A stretch of DNA of 64,000 bases from an uncultured Lachnospiraceae bacterium (GTDB lineage: Bacteria; Bacillota; Clostridia; Lachnospirales; Lachnospiraceae): the NCBI GenBank assembly GCA_910579085.1, contig CAJTRU010000001.1:1421-65420 (forward strand), in the 5' to 3' direction. Positions 58,312-64,000 of this stretch are shown piece after piece (within the stretch, counting starts at the first letter, position 1; every line of letters begins with the position of its first letter). A program made the translations under genes and the position numbers. Under the pieces are notes generated by a model that ran no database searches, was not told the DNA's origin, and saw only the letters and a program-made list of their open reading frames with translations.

Positions 58312-59523
58312 TTATTTTCCAGCCAGATAATCAAGTGCCGCCTGCATCTGGTTATCTATGGCAAATTCTTCCCCGTTCTTTGGAAGGGTATTTTCATCAA
58401 GATTAACTTCTATATCAGGCTTAAGCCCTGTTTTATGGATATTTCTCCCTTTAGGGGTATAATACCTTGAAGTTGTCATTTTAATAGCAGTCCCGTCGTC
58501 CATGCCAAATATAGTCTGCACAATGCCCTTTCCAAATGTTTTTGTGCCAACCAGCTTTGCTACACCATTATCCTGCAATGCACCAGAAAAAACCTCAGAA
58601 GCACTTGCAGAATTGCCATTTACAAGAATTGCCATTGGAACTTTTACGCACCTGTCATCTTCTGCAAAATATTCTTCTGCAACACCGCTTTTATCCTTTG
58701 TATAAACTAACAGTCCCTTTGGAAGAAGCCTGTCAAGCATACCAGTTGCTGCTGTTAAAAGCCCTCCGCCATTGTCACGCAAATCTATAATTAATGATTT
58801 CATACCTGATTTTTCAAGATTATTAACTGCATTACTAAACTGTTTATTTGTAACCTCTTCAAACCCAGTTACCTTTATATATCCTGTATTTCCTGGTAAC
58901 ATCTTTGAAGAAACTGTATTTTCTTCAATAATCTTACGTGTCACTTCAATGTCAAGGTAGTTACGCCCGCCTTTACGCCAGATTTTTAAAACAACCTTTG
59001 TACCAGCCTCGCCTTTTACCTTGGAAAGAACTGTTGTAAGGTCTTTTCCTGTTGTACTTTCACCATCTACAGCATAAATAATATCACCAGCTTTTATTCC
59101 AGCCCTTTCTGCCGGGCCTCCCTCAACAGGTTTAACTATAGATATATCACCTGTATCCGTCTGTGTAACATATGCACCAATACCACAATATGTCCCGCTA
59201 GACTTTTCAGTTATATCCTTATATTCTTCTGCTGTATAGTATGCGGCATAATCGTCACCAAGCCCGTTAAAAATACCTTTATAGATTGAGTCCGCCATTT
59301 TCTTGCTATCTATATCATCAAGATAATATTTATCTATATAAGTGCGGATAAGCTCTGCTTTCTGGCTGATTTCTTTCTCTATTGCACTTTTACTGTTATC
59401 CCCCATAAGAAAAGCAGGTTCAATTTTTCCTGTAAATATAAGCACCATAATTAAAAGCATCATACATGTTATGCCTGAAACAAGACCAGTAGCAAATACT
59501 TTTGAAATCTCTCTTCTATCCAT
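58312..59523 (-). CDS. S41-family carboxy-terminal processing protease
   Basis: The 403-aa product has an N-terminal TM anchor, a PDZ segment (GPAERAGIKAGDIIYAVDG) and the S41 catalytic context NGNSASASEVFSGALQD ... TFGKG. Confidence 0.9.
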   Translation of the reverse strand: MDRREISKVFATGLVSGITCMMLLIMVLIFTGKIEPAFLMGDNSKSAIEKEISQKAELIRTYIDKYYLDDIDSKKMADSIYKGIFNGLGDDYAAYYTAEEYKDITEKSSGTYCGIGAYVTQTDTGDISIVKPVEGGPAERAGIKAGDIIYAVDGESTTGKDLTTVLSKVKGEAGTKVVLKIWRKGGRNYLDIEVTRKIIEENTVSSKMLPGNTGYIKVTGFEEVTNKQFSNAVNNLEKSGMKSLIIDLRDNGGGLLTAATGMLDRLLPKGLLVYTKDKSGVAEEYFAEDDRCVKVPMAILVNGNSASASEVFSGALQDNGVAKLVGTKTFGKGIVQTIFGMDDGTAIKMTTSRYYTPKGRNIHKTGLKPDIEVNLDENTLPKNGEEFAIDNQMQAALDYLAGK

Positions 59524-59689
59524 TATTATTCCTCTTTCTGCACAAACATTTATGCATATTATTAATACAGCTAAGCCTGGGATAAAAATACTTTTTCTGC
59601 ATACAAGAATAATCTATGCATCAGCAGATACTTTCATGCAAACAAAGCAGCCATAAACATAATATATCAAAAATTGTCATATGTAAACA

Positions 59690-59725
59690 GTAAAGGCGGA
59701 TGCATTTCTACGCATCCGCCTTTGG
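59690..59725 (-). terminator. stem-loop terminator downstream of ftsH
   Basis: The stem GGCGGATGC (59695-59703) pairs with GCATCCGCC (59712-59720). On the minus-strand RNA it is followed by UUUACUGUUU. Confidence 0.6.
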
Positions 59726-59877
59726 AGAAGGTATTTTTGTTACTTATGGGGTGTAGCAAAAACTATATAATGTATTGGGGTTTACGGTTATTAGTATAGC
59801 AATCTCCTTAATTTAAGTGTGCACAAACTTGCATAAAAATATTTTTTTATTTTGTGCATTTTCACCATTATATAATT

Positions 59878-61803
59878 TTACTTATTGTCACTATCACCAG
59901 TATTTTCCATGCTTTCTTCCTGGTGGCTTTCCAGTGCTTCCTTGTCTGCCTTATCCTCTATTACATTTGGTGCAAAAAGCGATTCAAACTCAAACCTGTC
60001 AATCCTCTCTTTTTCAAGAAGCAGTTTAGCACATTTGTGCAGGATTTCCATATGCTCTTCTAATATATTTTTTGCCCTTACATAGCACTCATCCATTATA
60101 CGTTTTACTTCATGGTCTATTTTCTTAGCAACATCTTCACTGTAGCCCCTGCTTGTATGGCCAAAATCACGCCCTATAAAGACTTCATCCTCATCAGCAT
60201 AATTTATCATGCCTACATTCTCAGAAAAGCCGTATTTAGTCACCATTGCTTTGGCTGTATTTGTTGCCTGCTTAATATCCTGTGAGGCTCCTGTCGTTAT
60301 ATCATCAAATATTATAGACTCCGCAATACGGCCGCCAAGGCTTACTATAATATCCTGGAGCATCTTCCCTTTTGTCATAAACATTTCGTCACGCTCTGGC
60401 AGAGGCATTGTATAACCTGCTGCCCCTGAACCTGTAGGTATAATTGACACCATATGGACAGGCCCTACATCTGGAAGCAGATGGAACAATATTGCATGGC
60501 CAGCTTCATGGTATGCAGTAATCTTCTTATCTTTTTCAGATATAATCTTGCTCTTTTTCTCTTTGCCAATGCCTACTTTAATAAATGACTTGCTTATGTC
60601 TTCCTGTTCTATAAACTTACGTCCATTCCTTGCACATACAATTGCAGCCTCATTTAAGAGGTTTTCAAGGTCTGCACCTGTAAATCCTACTGTAGTCTGT
60701 GCAATAGCCTTAAGGTCTACATCATCCCCCAGTGGCTTTCCTTTGGCATGGACATCAAGTATTTCCTCACGCCCCTTTACATCAGGACGTCCTACTGTAA
60801 CACGCCTGTCAAAACGCCCTGGACGGAGTATTGCAGGGTCAAGTATATCCACACGGTTTGTAGCAGCCATAACAATAATGCCCTCATTAATGCCAAAACC
60901 GTCCATTTCAACAAGCATCTGGTTCAATGTCTGCTCGCGTTCATCATGTCCGCCACCAAGCCCTGAACCACGTTTACGTGCAACTGCATCAATTTCATCT
61001 ATAAATACAATACATGGTGCGCTTCTTTTTGCTTCCGCAAATAAATCCCTTACACGTGAAGCACCTACACCAACAAACATTTCCACAAAATCTGAACCAG
61101 ACAGGCTGAAAAACGGCACTCCTGCCTCACCTGCAACAGCCTTTGCCAGAAGTGTCTTACCAGTTCCTGGAGGGCCTACAAGTATAATACCCTTAGGTAT
61201 ACGTGCCCCGACGCCTGTATATTTTCCAGGGTTAGCAAGAAAATCAACAATTTCTTCTAACTCTTCCTTCTCTTCTTTAAGCCCTGCCACATCACGGAAT
61301 GTTTTAGCATGTTGGTCGTTAGGGTCAATACGCTGTGCACGGCTCTTGCCAAAATTCATCATTTTAGCATTGCTTCCGTTTGCGCCTGCTGACTGTGCTG
61401 ACAAGAACGAGAAAAGGAAAAATATTACAATTATGCCAAGCCCGTATGGAAGTAATGTAGTAATAATCCATGATGTTTTCTGTATATCATGTACTTTGTA
61501 CCTGTTGGCAAACTCAATATCTTCATTTAAAATATTTTCAATCTCTTTTACATCAGAAACATAAAAGCTTATTTTAGTACCTCCTGACAGTACAACGCTT
61601 ACCTCACCTGTAGGTGTTTCCTGGTTTGGCAGGATTTCCACAGACTCAATTCTGCCACTGTCTAAATCTGACTTAAAAGTATTAATATTATACGAACTTG
61701 TAGAATTATTATCTAAAGCCCCTGAGACATATACCGCAAAAAATATTATTGCAAGTATTAAAATATAAAATCCTATTCCGGCTGTCTTCATCTGTTTCTT
61801 CAT
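59878..61803 (-). CDS. ftsH: ATP-dependent zinc metalloprotease FtsH
   Basis: The 641-aa product has two TM segments, Walker A GPPGTGKT, the SRH region and the zinc motif HEAGH. Confidence 0.96.
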   Translation of the reverse strand: MKKQMKTAGIGFYILILAIIFFAVYVSGALDNNSTSSYNINTFKSDLDSGRIESVEILPNQETPTGEVSVVLSGGTKISFYVSDVKEIENILNEDIEFANRYKVHDIQKTSWIITTLLPYGLGIIVIFFLFSFLSAQSAGANGSNAKMMNFGKSRAQRIDPNDQHAKTFRDVAGLKEEKEELEEIVDFLANPGKYTGVGARIPKGIILVGPPGTGKTLLAKAVAGEAGVPFFSLSGSDFVEMFVGVGASRVRDLFAEAKRSAPCIVFIDEIDAVARKRGSGLGGGHDEREQTLNQMLVEMDGFGINEGIIVMAATNRVDILDPAILRPGRFDRRVTVGRPDVKGREEILDVHAKGKPLGDDVDLKAIAQTTVGFTGADLENLLNEAAIVCARNGRKFIEQEDISKSFIKVGIGKEKKSKIISEKDKKITAYHEAGHAILFHLLPDVGPVHMVSIIPTGSGAAGYTMPLPERDEMFMTKGKMLQDIIVSLGGRIAESIIFDDITTGASQDIKQATNTAKAMVTKYGFSENVGMINYADEDEVFIGRDFGHTSRGYSEDVAKKIDHEVKRIMDECYVRAKNILEEHMEILHKCAKLLLEKERIDRFEFESLFAPNVIEDKADKEALESHQEESMENTGDSDNK

Positions 61804-61824
61804 GTATAATCTCCTTCACTATTA

Positions 61825-62355
61825 TTAGTCCTCTTTAAACTCCACTTCCCCAATATATGGGAGATTACGGTATTTCTGCGCATAATCAAGCCCATAACCA
61901 GCCACAAATTTATCAGGTATAACAAAACCTGTATATTCAGCTTCAATATCTGCTTTCCTTCTGTCAGGCTTATCTAATAATGTACATAATTTAACACTTG
62001 CAGGGTTTCTTGCAAGCAGCATCTTCTTTGTAAGGTTTAATGTTGAGCCTGTATCAATAATATCCTCAATAATAAGGCAATGCTTGCCGTCCACTGGCTC
62101 ATCAAGGTCTTTTTTTACTTCCAGCCTTCCAGAACTTTCTGTCCCGCTGCCATAACTTGAAACTGCCATAAAATCCATTGTTACTGGAACTGTAATCCTC
62201 TTGGCAAGTTCACAGCAAAAGAAAACACTGCCTTTTAATACACATATAAGGTGTATTTCCTTTCCTTCATAATCTTTATTAATCTGTGCTGCCATTTCTG
62301 ATATTTTATCTGCTATCTGCTTTTCTGTAATCATCTCATGTATAACTGTATCCAT
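61825..62355 (-). CDS. hpt: hypoxanthine phosphoribosyltransferase
   Basis: The start was reassigned to MDTVIHEMITEKQI, with an AAGGGGAG RBS. The PRPP loop is LIIEDIIDTGSTL. The gene sits in the conserved tilS-hpt-ftsH order. Confidence 0.92.
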   Translation of the reverse strand: MDTVIHEMITEKQIADKISEMAAQINKDYEGKEIHLICVLKGSVFFCCELAKRITVPVTMDFMAVSSYGSGTESSGRLEVKKDLDEPVDGKHCLIIEDIIDTGSTLNLTKKMLLARNPASVKLCTLLDKPDRRKADIEAEYTGFVIPDKFVAGYGLDYAQKYRNLPYIGEVEFKED

Positions 62356-62359
62356 CTTA

Positions 62360-63790
62360 TTAATTCTCCCCTTCTGTGCATAAAGTTGCATGTAAAACTT
62401 CCCTTGTCCCATCTGTTACATAATAATATGCGCTACACCTTCCAATAGAAGGTATCCAAAGGATATGGCTTCCTTCTGCCAGTACCCATATCCTGCCACG
62501 CTCATTTGCTGGTATTTTGCTGTCAATAAATATACGGCTGAGTTTTTTCTTAGAACCATCTGTACGCAGCCAGATATAATCACCATCTTTTGGATATCTG
62601 AACTGTGGCATAAATTTTATTTTATCATAGTCAAAGCATTTAGTACAGTAATTTTTTTCTATAATATGGGAAATATCATTCCTGTCCATCCTTTCAAATA
62701 AAATAATATGCCTTTCCCCATTAATATATTCAAGTTCTGTCCTGCCTGGTACACAAATATCTATAATGCTATTATCATTCCCAGCCTGGGCTGGTGTTTC
62801 ATGCCCTGCTTTCATAATCCATATTTTATTATAGTCCCTGCCTGCCTGCATGTCATATGGCAGGCAGACCCTTTTCCCTGTATCCTTATGGACAAGGGCT
62901 GATACCATACTTATATGTTTTGAAGTTATATCCTTACACCTTCCTGCCACATAGCCAGCCATACGGAGGAATATTTCCCTTTGCAAGACAATATCCTCTT
63001 TTCCAATTATACCCACATCAACCATACAAATACCATTATCTTCTTTAACAATCTCTTTATACAGCTTTTCTGCTTCCCTGTCAATATATGTATATATATC
63101 CCTTAACTGTCCTGCCGTGCCTGAAAGCCTCTCTATAATGGCAGGCTGGATATTTTCCTCTATATATGGGATTATTCTGTTACGTATTATATTTCTTGAA
63201 TATTTATTATCTGAATTAGTACAATCCATGCAATACCCCACATTTTCTGCAAGAAGGGCCTTCTCAATTTCACACCGCCTGGTGCCAAGAAGCGGCCTTA
63301 TAATATTGCCATTCTCCGGCCTCATGCCACCAAGCCCCTTAATCCCGCTTCCCCTGAAAAGCTGGAATAAGACCGTTTCTGCCTGGTCATCCTTATGGTG
63401 TGCTACTGCAATTTTATCAAACCCCAGGCTTTCCCTTACATTCTCAAAACACTCATACCTGTAACTGCGCCCGGCTTCCTCCTCTGTAATCTTTAAATCC
63501 CTTGCAAGTGCAGGAATATCCTTATAAAAAACCTTACACTCATAACCAAGGCCCTGGACAAAATTCTTTGTATACTCCTCATCACGCAAAGCCTCTTCCC
63601 CCCTTATGCCATGATTGACATGCACGGCACAAAGTGAAAGGTTATACTCCTTTGCAAGCCCTGCCAGAACCATAAACAAAAAAACAGAGTCAGCCCCTCC
63701 AGAAACACCGGCAACAATTCTGTCACCATAGTCCACAAGACCATGTTCCATAATAAAATCCTTAACTTTTAAATAAACTGTACTTTTCAT
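62360..63790 (-). CDS. tilS: tRNA(Ile)-lysidine synthetase
   Basis: The start was reassigned to MKSTVYLKV, with an AGGAGG RBS. The PP-loop is VAGVSGGADSV. The C-terminal domain ends 5 nt before the hpt start. Confidence 0.9.
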   Translation of the reverse strand: MKSTVYLKVKDFIMEHGLVDYGDRIVAGVSGGADSVFLFMVLAGLAKEYNLSLCAVHVNHGIRGEEALRDEEYTKNFVQGLGYECKVFYKDIPALARDLKITEEEAGRSYRYECFENVRESLGFDKIAVAHHKDDQAETVLFQLFRGSGIKGLGGMRPENGNIIRPLLGTRRCEIEKALLAENVGYCMDCTNSDNKYSRNIIRNRIIPYIEENIQPAIIERLSGTAGQLRDIYTYIDREAEKLYKEIVKEDNGICMVDVGIIGKEDIVLQREIFLRMAGYVAGRCKDITSKHISMVSALVHKDTGKRVCLPYDMQAGRDYNKIWIMKAGHETPAQAGNDNSIIDICVPGRTELEYINGERHIILFERMDRNDISHIIEKNYCTKCFDYDKIKFMPQFRYPKDGDYIWLRTDGSKKKLSRIFIDSKIPANERGRIWVLAEGSHILWIPSIGRCSAYYYVTDGTREVLHATLCTEGEN

Positions 63791-63854
63791 AAAAAATCCT
63801 CCTGGATAAATTGCTGGATAACGGACGCAGTTTCCAATATACATGAACAAATTT

Positions 63855-64000
63855 TTCCCTCCAGGGGCACGCTCCCGCTACGTTAGCCCACGCAACAGTG
63901 CATAATATCCCTATGTTACAAAATAAACTGCCGTTTCTTTTGTAACATTTAAAACGGGATATAAGCACTGGCGGTGCTAAAGTGTCCCCTGTCACGAAAA
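63855..64000 (-). repeat. partial foldback-family copy (reverse orientation) running off the window end
   Basis: CGCTACGTTAGCCCACGCAACAGTGCATAA is the reverse-complement homologue of TTATGTGCCGCTGCGTGGCTTA(T/C)CGTAGCG at 20553-20582 and 49609-49638. GCTAAAGTGTCCCCTG matches the complement of CAGGGGTACTTTAAGC at 20491-20506. Confidence 0.65.

Noticed and set aside
60548-61564. 338-aa plus-strand ORF
   Set aside because: It is antisense to ftsH, and its Ser/Pro-rich composition is typical of a reverse-frame artefact.

Overview
This 64-kb window is chromosomal DNA from a low-GC Gram-positive bacterium. It looks like Bacillota/Clostridia, probably Lachnospiraceae, but that call rests on my memory of protein families, T-box leaders and spoVG/cotJ genes, not on a search. 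Most of the window is housekeeping. Conserved genes include the str operon (rpsL-rpsG-fusA-tuf), spoVG, glgC-glgD, murC, a dnaB/dnaD-like gene with dnaI, prs, ileS and thrS (both with T-box leaders), and tilS-hpt-ftsH with a ctpA-like protease. Other recognisable loci are a flagellin locus (fliC-fliS plus a 1116-aa FliK-like protein), cotJ, and a lactose cluster (AraC regulator, lacZ, GPH symporter). There are also a GH13 hydrolase, an SNF-family transporter, and GntR/ABC modules. Accessory or decaying material includes an apparently intact IS4-family insertion sequence, a frameshifted IS200 tnpA next to a truncated AgrC-like kinase, a frameshifted PIN gene, and an XRE/excisionase-like pair at the left edge. 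I saw no rRNA, tRNA or CRISPR array and no clear multi-gene defence or biosynthetic island. The most unusual signal is non-coding. A dense, modular family of nested inverted-repeat (foldback, MITE-like) elements occupies at least 11 intergenic sites, roughly 2.4 kb by my own tally. Copies are inserted inside other copies, one copy is split by the IS4, and two genes take their stop codons from repeat blocks. I do not recognise the family. Secondary points are three tandem consensus DnaA boxes upstream of the dnaB/dnaI-like operon, a 42-bp palindromic operator on an ABC promoter, an Asn/Ser-rich 63-aa protein, a CotJA-CotJB fusion ORF and a CTG-start XRE gene. All coordinates and motif matches were read by eye from the sequence. 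Family names come from memory and need database confirmation.
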